The notes: generated by a model not told the origin, from the letters alone. A stretch of 64,000 bases of DNA from Candidatus Latescibacterota bacterium (GCA_964291625.2 OZ220090.1:608001-672000), one strand, 5' to 3'; positions 32,134-40,788 are shown, counted from the stretch's first letter. Translations and numbers: made by a program.

Positions 32134-33225
32134 TTACTGTCTGTCCCCAATATACTGGGGGGCCTCTTTCCGTGTCAACCCAGGGGTTGTGCCCGGCCGG
32201 GGTGGGACCAAGGCCGCCAGGCAGAGATCCAGCACCGCCCGGGAACGCGTTCTGCCTCCCCCGCCCTTGAGCAGATCGTCGGTCCGTCGCAGAGCGCTCA
32301 GCCCCCGCCAGAGGGCGCCGGACGGGAACCGGCGGGCCTGTTGCCGGTAGGATTCCATGAAGAAGGGCGCGACTCCCAGGCTGCGCGCCATCTGATCCTT
32401 CGACAGCGCCTCTTTCTCGAGCTGCTGGGTGCGAAGCAGCAGTTGCAGATGGCGCGCCATGAGCGGCAGGATGCGGTTCGGCTCCTCGCCCTGCTCCAGC
32501 AGCGCATGCAGCAGGCCCGCCGCACCCCGGCGGTCCGCCCGACCCACGGCATCGGTGAAGTCGAAGACGCTCTCGCCCCGGGTGCCGACAAGGGCTTCCA
32601 CGTCCTCATCCCTCACCGCCCTGGCCCCGCTGACGTAGAGAGACAGCTTGTCGAGCTCATTGGCCAGCTCCGACAGATGGTTTCCCACGTACATCCTCAG
32701 GCGCTCCACGGCACCGGGGGAGAGCTCCACCTTGCGCTCGGCCGCCATCTCGCGGATCACCTCCGGCAACTGGTTGTCGTAGGGAACCCGGAACTCACAG
32801 CCGATCCCTTGTTTCGCCAGTTGCGAGTAGAAGCGGCGGCGCATGTCGACCTTGCCGCCCACGGCGAGCAGGACCGAGCTCTCGGAGGGGTTGTCGACGA
32901 TCGGCTCGAGGGCCTTGCACAACGGCGGTGTCAGACGCTCGACGTTGCGCAGGGCCACCACCCGGTGGGTCGTCATCATCGGATAGGAGTAGTAGACGTC
33001 GAGCAGCCTTTGCGGATCGAGAGTGTCGCCATGAAACCGGTCGACGTTGAAGTCGGCCGCCGCCTCGGGCCGGAGACGTTCCATGAGCCACTCGTAGAGG
33101 CCCTCGCGGCGGTAAGCCTCCTCGCCGTGGAGCAGATAGAAGCCCGCCCCCTCGCCCCTTTCGACGTGGCGGCGCACGGCCTCCGGACTCCATCGAGCCG
33201 AGCGGGAACGCTTTGCCGCGCTCAC
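32134..33225 (-). CDS. holA: DNA polymerase III delta subunit
   Basis: YLLHGEEAY, DFN...F.G, PMM...RVV, NELDKL.LY, VFDF.DAV, D..LKG. GTG start inferred. Confidence 0.9.
   Translation of the reverse strand: MSAAKRSRSARWSPEAVRRHVERGEGAGFYLLHGEEAYRREGLYEWLMERLRPEAAADFNVDRFHGDTLDPQRLLDVYYSYPMMTTHRVVALRNVERLTPPLCKALEPIVDNPSESSVLLAVGGKVDMRRRFYSQLAKQGIGCEFRVPYDNQLPEVIREMAAERKVELSPGAVERLRMYVGNHLSELANELDKLSLYVSGARAVRDEDVEALVGTRGESVFDFTDAVGRADRRGAAGLLHALLEQGEEPNRILPLMARHLQLLLRTQQLEKEALSKDQMARSLGVAPFFMESYRQQARRFPSGALWRGLSALRRTDDLLKGGGGRTRSRAVLDLCLAALVPPRPGTTPGLTRKEAPQYIGDRQ
32149..32178 (-). promoter_or_regulatory. Promoter for trxA-cNMP-AI-2E embedded in the 3' end of holA
   Basis: TTGACA-18 bp-TATATT. 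Confidence 0.65.
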
Positions 33226-33401
33226 GGCGCCCCCTCCTTCGGGGACCGGTCCGCCGCATCCTCGAACTCGGCCTCCACGACGCGGCGGCGGTCGAAGGGT
33301 GCGCGGGCCCTTTCGCCATCGTCGGCCCCGGACCGGCCGATGGACCGGATCAGGCGATAGCCAAGCCCGCAAAGCAGACCGAAGAGAAGGAGCTTGATCA
33401 A
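33222..33401 (-). CDS. Small single-pass membrane protein, 59 aa
   Basis: Manual translation from TTG: MIKLLLFGLLCGLGYRLIRSIGRSGADDGERARAPFDRRRVVEAEFEDAADRSPKEGAP. Stop overlaps the holA GTG; promoter just upstream. Confidence 0.65.
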   Translation of the reverse strand: MIKLLLFGLLCGLGYRLIRSIGRSGADDGERARAPFDRRRVVEAEFEDAADRSPKEGAP

Positions 33402-33436
33402 GGTGGATACTCGTGAGGGATGAGGAGACCGGTCGC

Positions 33437-33465
33437 AAACTACCGGGGTGTCCGGCAGGGGTCAA
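33437..33465 (-). promoter_or_regulatory. Promoter for small protein-holA
   Basis: TTGACC-17 bp-TAGTTT. Confidence 0.55.
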
Positions 33466-33508
33466 ACAGAGGGGGTGGGCCCTTCCACGGTTCTGAAGGA
33501 CCTGGCGA

Positions 33509-35740
33509 TCAGCGCTGCCGGCGCTTCCCGGCCCGGCCCCGCCCGCTCCTTCCGGCCGATCGACGGCCCTGACGCGCCGCCCGGGCCGAGGCTCTGCGAT
33601 CGCCGCGGCCCCCCGGCCGCGCCTCACGCGACCGCCTCGACCTCCCGTCCCCGCGAACCTCGAGAACCTGGAGGTCCATCCGCCGCGAAGAGGGCTCGAC
33701 ATGCCCCACCCTCACCCGCACGGAGGTGCCGAGGGCGAGGACGAGGCCGGTGCGGCGGCCCCGCAGACGGTGGCGCAACTCGTCGAACTCGAAGTCGTCG
33801 CCGGGGAGCAGGCGCTGGGGGCAGAACCCCTCCACCAGCCACTTGTCCAGCTCGACGAAGAGGCCGGCGCCCACCACCCCCGACACGGTCCCGTCCACCT
33901 CCTCCCCCAGGCGCCGGGCCATGAACCGCAACTGCTTGATCCGCCGGTAGTCACGCTCGGCCGCCTCGGCCCGACGTTGACAGTGGCTGGTCCACTCGCC
34001 GAGCCACTCCACATCCTCCGCGTCCGACCCCTCGACATCGAGGAGATGGTCCCTCAGGAGGCGGTGGACGAGGAGGTCGGGATAGCGGCGGATCGGAGAG
34101 GTGAAGTGGAGGTAGGGTTCGACGGCGAGACCGAAATGGGAACTGGAGGCGGCGGCGTACCGGGCCCGCATCATGGAGCGCAGCATCAACTCGCCCAGGA
34201 GCTTGGAGTCGCGCCGGCTCTGGAGGGCCTCCAGGGTGTGCTGAAGTTGAGCGCTGGTCACGGATACCGAAGGAGGCAGCCGGCGGCCGAGAGATCCGGC
34301 CAGCGTGCGGAAGCGGTCGAGTTTCTCCGGGTCCGGTGGATCGTGGACCCTGTAGAGAACGGGAAGACCGGCCTCGAGAGCCCTTGAGGCTACGGCCTCG
34401 TTGGCGGCCAGCATGCATTCCTCGACGAGCCGGTGGCTGCGCCCGCGAAGGCCGCGGGCGAGACGGACCGGCACGCCGTCGCCGCCGACTTCGACGACCG
34501 CTTCGGGGAGGTCGAAGTCGATGGCTCCGCGATCCAGCCGCCGCGCCCGAAGTCGCTCCCCGAGGTCGCACATCTGCCTCAGGAGATCCCGGTGGCCAGC
34601 CGCACAACCGGCAGCGGCGCCGTTCTCGAGGGCGGACTCGACCTGGGCATAGGTCAGCCGCGCTGCCGACCGGACCACCGACAGATGGAAGCGGCTCTCG
34701 AGGACCCTCCCGGCTCCATCGATGTCGATGAAAACGCTGACGGCGAGCCTGTCCTCCCCCGGAGCCAGAGTGCAGAGGCCCGTGGCCACGCCGGAGGGCA
34801 GCATGTGGATGACCCGGTCGAGGAGGTAGACGGAGGTTCCCCGCTTCCGGGCCTGTGCATCGATGGCGCAGCCCCGGGGGACGTAGTGGGCCACGTCGGC
34901 GATGTGGACGCCGAGGCGCTGACAACCATCGGGAAGGGACTCTAGGGAGACGGCGTCGTCGTAGTCACGCGCCTCCTCGGGGTCCACTGTCAGGACCGTC
35001 AGATCCCGAAGGTCGAGACGCCGCTCCAGCTCCCGCTCGCGATCCACCCCGGCATCGGCCACCAAGGCCCCCGCCTCGGCCTCGGCCAGGGGATCCGCCG
35101 CGGTCGGGATCCCGTGGCCGGCCGTGGCCGCCTCGAGATCGTGACGGGGATCCTCGGGGCTGCCGATCACGCGGACGAGTCGGCCCCGGCCCGCCCGCCC
35201 CGAAGCGGCCTCCACCTCCACCACGACGAGATCACCCTCCCCCGGTGGATCGGACATGGCATCGTCGAGATGGACCAGGGAATCGGCGGTGGCGACCGCG
35301 CCGTGGCGGCCACGATGGCGGTAGATTCCCACCCTCGGGCGCGGAGTGGCCGCACGGGTGCCGGCGATGCGCCCACGGGACCGCTTCCCCCGCTTGCCTG
35401 GCTCGGTGACCTCCACCTCCACCCAGTCCCCGTCGGCCGCACCGGACAGATCCTCGGCGGGAACGAAGAGATCGGGTTGGCTGCTGCGGGACACGAGGCC
35501 GAAGCCGCGCGCATGGATGGAGAGGCGTCCCCAGGATCTCTTGGTGGAGGCGGCCAGGACGAAGCGCTGGCGCCCGACGCGCCTGACCTCGCCCGCCTCC
35601 TCCAGATCCCGCATGGCCGCCCGGAAGAGTCGGTACTCGTGGCTGCCCACACCGAGGCGGCGGGCCAGGTCCTTCAGCTTGGCTGGCCGGTAGCCGTCAC
35701 CTGAGAGGTGCGAGAGGATCTGCTCACGGAAACGGATCAC
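33509..35740 (-). CDS. rnr: Ribonuclease R
   Basis: N-terminal HTH and cold-shock domains, TVDPEEARDYDDAVS, HIADV, HFTSPIRRYPDL, S1 domain, basic tail. Confidence 0.93.
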   Translation of the reverse strand: MIRFREQILSHLSGDGYRPAKLKDLARRLGVGSHEYRLFRAAMRDLEEAGEVRRVGRQRFVLAASTKRSWGRLSIHARGFGLVSRSSQPDLFVPAEDLSGAADGDWVEVEVTEPGKRGKRSRGRIAGTRAATPRPRVGIYRHRGRHGAVATADSLVHLDDAMSDPPGEGDLVVVEVEAASGRAGRGRLVRVIGSPEDPRHDLEAATAGHGIPTAADPLAEAEAGALVADAGVDRERELERRLDLRDLTVLTVDPEEARDYDDAVSLESLPDGCQRLGVHIADVAHYVPRGCAIDAQARKRGTSVYLLDRVIHMLPSGVATGLCTLAPGEDRLAVSVFIDIDGAGRVLESRFHLSVVRSAARLTYAQVESALENGAAAGCAAGHRDLLRQMCDLGERLRARRLDRGAIDFDLPEAVVEVGGDGVPVRLARGLRGRSHRLVEECMLAANEAVASRALEAGLPVLYRVHDPPDPEKLDRFRTLAGSLGRRLPPSVSVTSAQLQHTLEALQSRRDSKLLGELMLRSMMRARYAAASSSHFGLAVEPYLHFTSPIRRYPDLLVHRLLRDHLLDVEGSDAEDVEWLGEWTSHCQRRAEAAERDYRRIKQLRFMARRLGEEVDGTVSGVVGAGLFVELDKWLVEGFCPQRLLPGDDFEFDELRHRLRGRRTGLVLALGTSVRVRVGHVEPSSRRMDLQVLEVRGDGRSRRSREARPGGRGDRRASARAARQGRRSAGRSGRGRAGKRRQR

Positions 35741-35762
35741 GGGAGGGGATCATCAGACAGCC

Positions 35763-35800
35763 AGAAAGAAAAGGGGGCCCCGGACCGGCCGGGCCGCCCT
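35763..35800 (-). terminator. Intrinsic terminator after the lipoprotein gene
   Basis: Imperfect GC stem AGGG(C)GGCCC...GGGCCCCCT followed by TTTCTTTCT on the minus strand. Confidence 0.55.
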
Positions 35801-35835
35801 CCGGTGAGGCCCGGTGAGGCCGCCGCGTTCAGCCT

Positions 35836-36297
35836 TCAGTCCTGGCCGGGCCAGGACAGTCCGGGCTCGCCGGGACGGTCCGCCTCCGCCCAGAGCTTGG
35901 CCAGATTGTTGACATGCACCACGTAGCCCTCCTCGACCTGGTCGATCTGGCGCAGGCCGCTGATCGTGAAGGTCGGGAAGTCCGGCTCCACCAGCTTGGT
36001 CAGCGAGGATTGGAGGTCGCGCTTCAAGGCGTTGTGTCCCGCCTTGATGAACTTGTCCTTCGTGTGCCCGAAGCTCTCCATGTCGGCCAGGTAGGCCTCG
36101 ATCGTCTCCCGCAGTCCAGCCGCCTTGCTCGGCTGGTCCGACTTCAGATAGAAACGATACTCCACGAGCTTCTGGTTGTACTTGTCCATCTGCTTCAGCT
36201 GCTCGACGTACGGTCCCAACTCGTCCACTGCCTCGCCGCACCCAGCCACGGCGGCGGCCACCAGGAACGCCCTTGCTGCTGCGCCTGCGCAACTCAT
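35836..36297 (-). CDS. Hypothetical helical lipoprotein
   Basis: Strong RBS AAGGAGG, lipobox VAGC, Lys/Glu-rich amphipathic sequence unlike shadow ORFs. Confidence 0.75.
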   Translation of the reverse strand: MSCAGAAARAFLVAAAVAGCGEAVDELGPYVEQLKQMDKYNQKLVEYRFYLKSDQPSKAAGLRETIEAYLADMESFGHTKDKFIKAGHNALKRDLQSSLTKLVEPDFPTFTISGLRQIDQVEEGYVVHVNNLAKLWAEADRPGEPGLSWPGQD

Positions 36298-36472
36298 TAC
36301 TCGCCTCCTTCGGGTGGTTGGACCTCGCCGGAAGCGCGGGCCGACTCAGTCGGTGCCGGAAGCTCCGGACCCGCCAGGTCCACGGCGGAGAAACAGGGCA
36401 GTTCCACATGGCCCGTCAAGGGAGACGGACCGGGTGAGGAGGACCGGAGAGTCCGCGAGATCGGCCCGGAAG

Positions 36473-37249
36473 TCATCCCTCCCGAAGATGGCAGAGGATG
36501 TCCTCTCGGAGCCGGCCGTTCGTCGACACGCCGTCCCCGCCGTGGATCGTGGGTTGCCCCTGCCAGTCGGTGAAGGAGCCGCCCGCCTCCTCCAGGATCA
36601 CCGGAAGGGGGCCGCAGTCCCAGGGACTGATGATCGGATCCAGCATCGCCTCGGCGCGTCCCGTGGCCACGAGGATGTGTCCGTAGCAGTCCCCCCAGCC
36701 CCTCTCGAGGCGGGCCCGGGGCGCGAGGGCTTCCCAGGCGCCCTGACGGCCGCACTCGGCAAAGCTCCGGGCGGAGGTATGGCAGATCGACGCATCGGAC
36801 AGCCGGCCAACCGCCGAGACCCGGGCGCGGCGCCCGTTCCAGAAGCAGCCCTCGCCCCTCGAGGCGCACACCATCTCGTCCAGGGCGGGAAGGTATACGG
36901 CCCCCGCCAGGCAGGTGTCGCGTGGACCCTCCAGCCCGATCAGAACGCCGTAGAGAGGCACCCCGGAGACGAAGGACTTCGTGCCGTCGATGGGGTCCAC
37001 GTACCACGTTCGACCCGATCTGGACTCGACGGGGTCGAACTCCTCGCCCACGATACCGTCGTCGGGGTAGGAGGCCCGGAGCCCCTGCCGGATGATCGTC
37101 TCCGCCTCCCGGTCCGCCGCGGTCACCGGGGACTCGTCCTCCTTTAGCTCGGCCACGACGCCGGTCTGGTAGTGCCGCAAGGTCAGCCGCCCCGCCTTCC
37201 AGGCGAGGTGGACGGCCACCTCCATCTCCAGGCGCCAGCTCGCGCTCAT
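36473..37249 (-). CDS. hisN: Inositol monophosphatase family protein, probable histidinol-phosphatase
   Basis: SPVT.ADR.AE, GEEF, WYVDPIDGTKSF.GVP, GDCYG, WD. Confidence 0.8.
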   Translation of the reverse strand: MSASWRLEMEVAVHLAWKAGRLTLRHYQTGVVAELKEDESPVTAADREAETIIRQGLRASYPDDGIVGEEFDPVESRSGRTWYVDPIDGTKSFVSGVPLYGVLIGLEGPRDTCLAGAVYLPALDEMVCASRGEGCFWNGRRARVSAVGRLSDASICHTSARSFAECGRQGAWEALAPRARLERGWGDCYGHILVATGRAEAMLDPIISPWDCGPLPVILEEAGGSFTDWQGQPTIHGGDGVSTNGRLREDILCHLREG

Positions 37250-37289
37250 GGCCGCGCGGGGGGAACCCACTCCCTCCAGGTTTCCGGGG

Positions 37290-37439
37290 TCACGGCCTCT
37301 CCTCCCTCCACCTTTCCTCGCCCGTTGTCTGGGCGGAGGCCAGGACCGCCCGGACGCGGTTGCGGAACAGCTTGATGCGGTCTTCTACCTCCTCGATGGA
37401 ACGCAGCAGTTCCTCCTCGACACCTGTGTCGGCAGACAC
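37290..37439 (-). CDS. Small helical/coiled-coil protein, 49 aa
   Basis: AGGAG about 9 nt before GTG; MSADTGVEEELLRSIEEVEDRIKLFRNRVRAVLASAQTTGEERWREERP. Not in the ORF track. Confidence 0.55.
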   Translation of the reverse strand: MSADTGVEEELLRSIEEVEDRIKLFRNRVRAVLASAQTTGEERWREERP

Positions 37440-37573
37440 GGTTCCGTCTCCTCGTTTTGGACATCGGGGAACGGGTCGGCGACCGGCTCGGGGGGTGAGC
37501 AGCGATCGACGGCAGGGAGGGTCGAACGGTCGGCGCGGCTCCTTTCGGGATGCCGTGCCAGGGGATCCGGGCC

Positions 37574-38434
37574 TCAGGCCCGGCTGTACGTGCGCAACTG
37601 ATCGCAGCGGCTGGGGTGCCGCAGGCGATGCAGAGCCTTCTCCTTGATCTGGCGGACACGCTCCCTCGTCAGATCGAAGCGGGCGCCGATCTGGTCGAGG
37701 GTCATCGGTTCCTCGCCATCGAGACCGAAGTAGAGCCGCAGGATCTCGGCTTCGCGGCTGAGCAGACTTCCCAGGGCGCTGTCAATCTGGCCGCGCAGAC
37801 ACCCTTTCATCACCTCGATCTCCGGTGACTCCTGCCGGTCGTCGGGAAGCACGTCGAGGAGGCTGTGCTCCTCCTCCTCGCGGAAGGTCGCATCGAGAGA
37901 CCGCACCCGGCGGCCGCAGAGGATCGTCTCCTTCACCTCCTCCACCGGCACGTTCAACTCGGCGGCAATGTCCTCCGGCTCGGGAGCGTCGGCCCGCTGC
38001 TGCATGAGCTGGCGCGAGGCCTTTGAGATCTTGTAGAGCAGGCCGATCTTGTTGAGGGGCATGCGGACGGTGCGCGCCTGCTCGGCGAGGGTTTGCAGAA
38101 TCGCCTGGCGAATCCACCAGACGGCGTAGGAGATGAACTTGAAGCCCTTCTCCTCGTCGAAACGCTCGGCCGCGGTGATCAGGCCCATGTTGCCCGCGCT
38201 GATCAGATCGGCGAGGGGGACTCCGCGGTTCTGGTACTCCTTGGCCACGCTCACTACAAAACGCAGGTTGGCCTCGACGAGGGCGTTCCTCGCGCTCTCG
38301 TCGCCGGCCTTGATCCTGCGGGCCAGCGCCACCTCCTCCCCCGCGGAAAGAGGCTTGGAACTGGAGATCTCCCCGAGATAGCTGCCGAGGGAGTCCTCCA
38401 TGTCCCAGAAGGGAGCCTTCGCTTGCTCGGCCAT
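37574..38434 (-). CDS. RNA polymerase sigma-70 factor, RpoD/SigA family lacking region 1.1
   Basis: YL.EI, NLRFVVSVAKEY, DLI..GN.GL, KFISYAVWWIRQAI, TRERVRQIKEKAL. 286 aa from ATG 38434. Confidence 0.93.
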   Translation of the reverse strand: MAEQAKAPFWDMEDSLGSYLGEISSSKPLSAGEEVALARRIKAGDESARNALVEANLRFVVSVAKEYQNRGVPLADLISAGNMGLITAAERFDEEKGFKFISYAVWWIRQAILQTLAEQARTVRMPLNKIGLLYKISKASRQLMQQRADAPEPEDIAAELNVPVEEVKETILCGRRVRSLDATFREEEEHSLLDVLPDDRQESPEIEVMKGCLRGQIDSALGSLLSREAEILRLYFGLDGEEPMTLDQIGARFDLTRERVRQIKEKALHRLRHPSRCDQLRTYSRA

Positions 38435-38512
38435 GCCCCTCGCCTGTGGACCGGAGCCGGCGACACGAACAGGACAGCCGGACCCGGGTGATACCGTGTG
38501 CCGCAGGCCGCA

Positions 38513-38542
38513 AAAGTAATCGGCTCCAAGAGAGGCTGTCAA
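38513..38542 (-). promoter_or_regulatory. Promoter for the sigma factor gene
   Basis: TTGACA-18 bp-TACTTT. Confidence 0.55.
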
Positions 38543-38596
38543 GCTTCCCCCGGGCACCCTGGCCGACCGGCTCGCCAGGGAGGTCGGGCGTCTGGC

Positions 38597-39328
38597 TCAG
38601 GGCCCTTTCAAGGCACGGCTCTGAGCCCGTATCAACCGCTCGATCCCCACTGCGGCCAGCTCGATCAGGTCGGCGCACTCCCGGCGTTTCAAGGGCGATC
38701 CCTCGGCCGTCGCCTGGACTTCGACGATCTCGCCGGCGGCAGTCATCACCGCGTTGAGATCGGTATCGGCCGAAGCGTCCTCCACATAGCACAGGTCCAG
38801 CATCGGGGAGCCGCCCACGATTCCGGAGCTCACGGCCGCCACCTGGGTGGTCACGGGATCCGCGGCCAGCACGCCGTCGGCCTGCCATCGCCGGACCCCC
38901 AGGCGAAGGGCCACGAAGGCGCCGGTGATCGCCGCGGTGCGGGTTCCCCCATCCGCCTGCAGCACGTCGCAGTCGACGTATACCGTGCGCTCGCCGAGAA
39001 CGGACAGGTCGACGGCGGCCCTCAAGGAGCGTCCGATGAGCCGTTGGATCTCGCGCGAGCGGCTGTTCGGTCGGCCGGTGGAGGCCTCCCGGGTGATTCG
39101 CTGCGGCGAGGAGCCGGGCAGCATGCCGTACTCGGCGGTCAGCCAGCCCTTGCCCCGTCCCGTGAGAAAAGGGGGTACCCGCTCCTCGAGAGAGGCCGTG
39201 CACATCACCCGGGTCCGGCCCATCTCCATGAGAACCGCCCCGGGGGCCGTGTCGACGAAACCGGGGGTGATGCGCACCGGTCGCAGCTGATCCGGCTCCC
39301 GTCCGTCGGCCCGCCGGGAACCGGTCAC
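38597..39328 (-). CDS. rph: Ribonuclease PH
   Basis: R.DGR..DQLRP, GWLTAEYGMLP, EIQRLIGRSLR, DVLQADGGTRTA.ITG, DL.Y.ED. Confidence 0.96.
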   Translation of the reverse strand: MTGSRRADGREPDQLRPVRITPGFVDTAPGAVLMEMGRTRVMCTASLEERVPPFLTGRGKGWLTAEYGMLPGSSPQRITREASTGRPNSRSREIQRLIGRSLRAAVDLSVLGERTVYVDCDVLQADGGTRTAAITGAFVALRLGVRRWQADGVLAADPVTTQVAAVSSGIVGGSPMLDLCYVEDASADTDLNAVMTAAGEIVEVQATAEGSPLKRRECADLIELAAVGIERLIRAQSRALKGP

Positions 39329-40145
39329 GACTCCATGTAGGAGCGGTAGTCCTGCCCCTCCATGTCGACGACGTAGCACATCTCCACCAGACGCGACAGG
39401 ATCCGCCCCCCTCGGGCTCCCCCATCTCCTCGCGTGATTGGTTGGTGGTAACGATGGTGAAGCGTTCTTCGCCGTAGCGGGCGTCGACCAGATCGTAGAG
39501 CATCTCCTTCTCCCACGCGGTGCCGCGCTCGACGCCGAAATCATCTAGCACCAGATAGGGGATATTGCACAGTTCCTCGATGATTTGCCAGGTGCGACCG
39601 TAGTGCTCGCTCTCCTGGGAGTAAGTGGCGCGCACCTTCTGGAAATAGCGCGACAGGTTGACGAATCGTCCGGCCCGCGCCCTCCGGAGCAGCACCTCGT
39701 TCAGCAGGATGCAGGCCAGAAGGCTCTTTCCGGTGCCGGGCGGCCCGTGGAACAGGTAGCCCCGCCTGGGGTCCCGATCGTCGTTCACCAGGGCGGTCAC
39801 GTAGTCGAGGACGGGCCGTACGCGGCGCTCTACCAGGAGAGCGGTACCGTCGGGAGCCAGGGCCTGGAAATCACCGCGGAACTTGAAGCGGAAGCGGGTC
39901 GGCACCTCGGCCTCGCGGAACAGGCTCTTCAGGTGCGCCAGACGGCGGCGGGCGGTATGGCAGGGACACCACCTGCGCTGGGAGTCGTCATCCCAGAACT
40001 GGTAGGGCGGGCGGCCGTTGCACCGGCACAGGTCGGAGATGCACGAACACAGGACCAGGTCTCCGAAGCGGCCGACCTCCACCTTGCCGTCGTAGCGCAC
40101 ACCGTGGCCGCCGCAGACGGAGCACGGCTCGGCCGGCTGCGTCAT
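39325..40145 (-). CDS. DnaC/DnaI/IstB-like AAA+ ATPase with Cys-rich N-terminus; one frameshift at about 39406-39423
   Basis: GPPGTGKS, LVLDDFG.E, LVDARY, TIVTTN, then in the next frame RILSRL.EMC...M.G.DYR. One added G rejoins the two parts. Confidence 0.85.
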
Positions 40146-40633
40146 CGTCCGCCCCTCGCGGCCAGAGCCCTGTCGACGGCGAGCCTCGCGTCGCGCCGGG
40201 CGATCTCCCGGCGCCGATCGTACTCTCGCTTCCCGCGGACCACGCCGATCTCGACCTTGGCCCGACCACGTTGGAAGAACAACCGGAGAGGGACCATGGT
40301 GAGCCCCTTCTCCTCGGTGCGGACGGCCAATCGACGGATTTCAGCCCGGTGAAGAAGCAGCTTCCGGGATCTGCCAGGGTCGTGGTTGGCGCGGTTGCCC
40401 CCGGCGTAAGGCTCGATCCGGACCCCGTGCAGAAAAACCTCCCCGTTCTCGATTCGGGCGTACCCATCGCTCAGGTTGGCGTCCCCGCTGCGCAGGGACT
40501 TTACCTCCGTGCCTGCCAGAACCAGACCGGCCACCACGGTGTCCAGGATCTCGTAGTCGTAGGGTGCTCGCCGGTTCCTCGCCACGAGGTGCAGGCCCCC
40601 CTCCGGGGTGCTGTGATCCTGCCTGCTCGGCAT
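40142..40633 (-). CDS. smpB: SsrA-binding protein
   Basis: NRRA..DY, GLVL.GTEVKSLR, R.RKLLLH, GKREYDRR. Confidence 0.96.
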   Translation of the reverse strand: MPSRQDHSTPEGGLHLVARNRRAPYDYEILDTVVAGLVLAGTEVKSLRSGDANLSDGYARIENGEVFLHGVRIEPYAGGNRANHDPGRSRKLLLHRAEIRRLAVRTEEKGLTMVPLRLFFQRGRAKVEIGVVRGKREYDRRREIARRDARLAVDRALAARGGR

Positions 40634-40690
40634 CCCTGTTTCCTTGACGGGAACGGCGCCGGATCTAAGTTACGATGGCCCGTGCGGAGT

Positions 40691-40777
40691 GCCGATGTGG
40701 CGAAATTGGTAGACGCGCTGCGTTCAGGGCGCAGTGGGGATTTCCCCGTGGGGGTTCGAGTCCCTCCATCGGCACCA
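40691..40777 (+). tRNA. tRNA-Leu(CAG)
   Basis: Acceptor GCCGATG/CATCGGC, anticodon stem CTGCG-TTCAGGG-CGCAG, long variable arm, GTTCGAGTC, encoded CCA. Confidence 0.95.
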
Positions 40778-40788
40778 GGAATCGAAGG

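Noticed and set aside
35801-35821. Direct repeat CCGGTGAGGC x2 as a CRISPR or REP element
   Set aside because: Only two adjacent 10-bp copies with no spacers; no array found anywhere in the window.
37782-40145. 787-aa ORF suggesting a giant ATPase fusion
   Set aside because: Produced by the frameshift near 39410; the downstream part is off-frame over rph and the sigma gene.
39325-40145. IS21 element or prophage suggested by the IstB-like ATPase
   Set aside because: No IstA transposase, terminal repeats, integrase or phage genes; the gene overlaps housekeeping neighbours on both sides.
40644-40671. tRNA-Leu promoter TTGACG-16-TAAGTT
   Set aside because: Plausible, but spacing and -10 are suboptimal; not confident enough to list as a feature.
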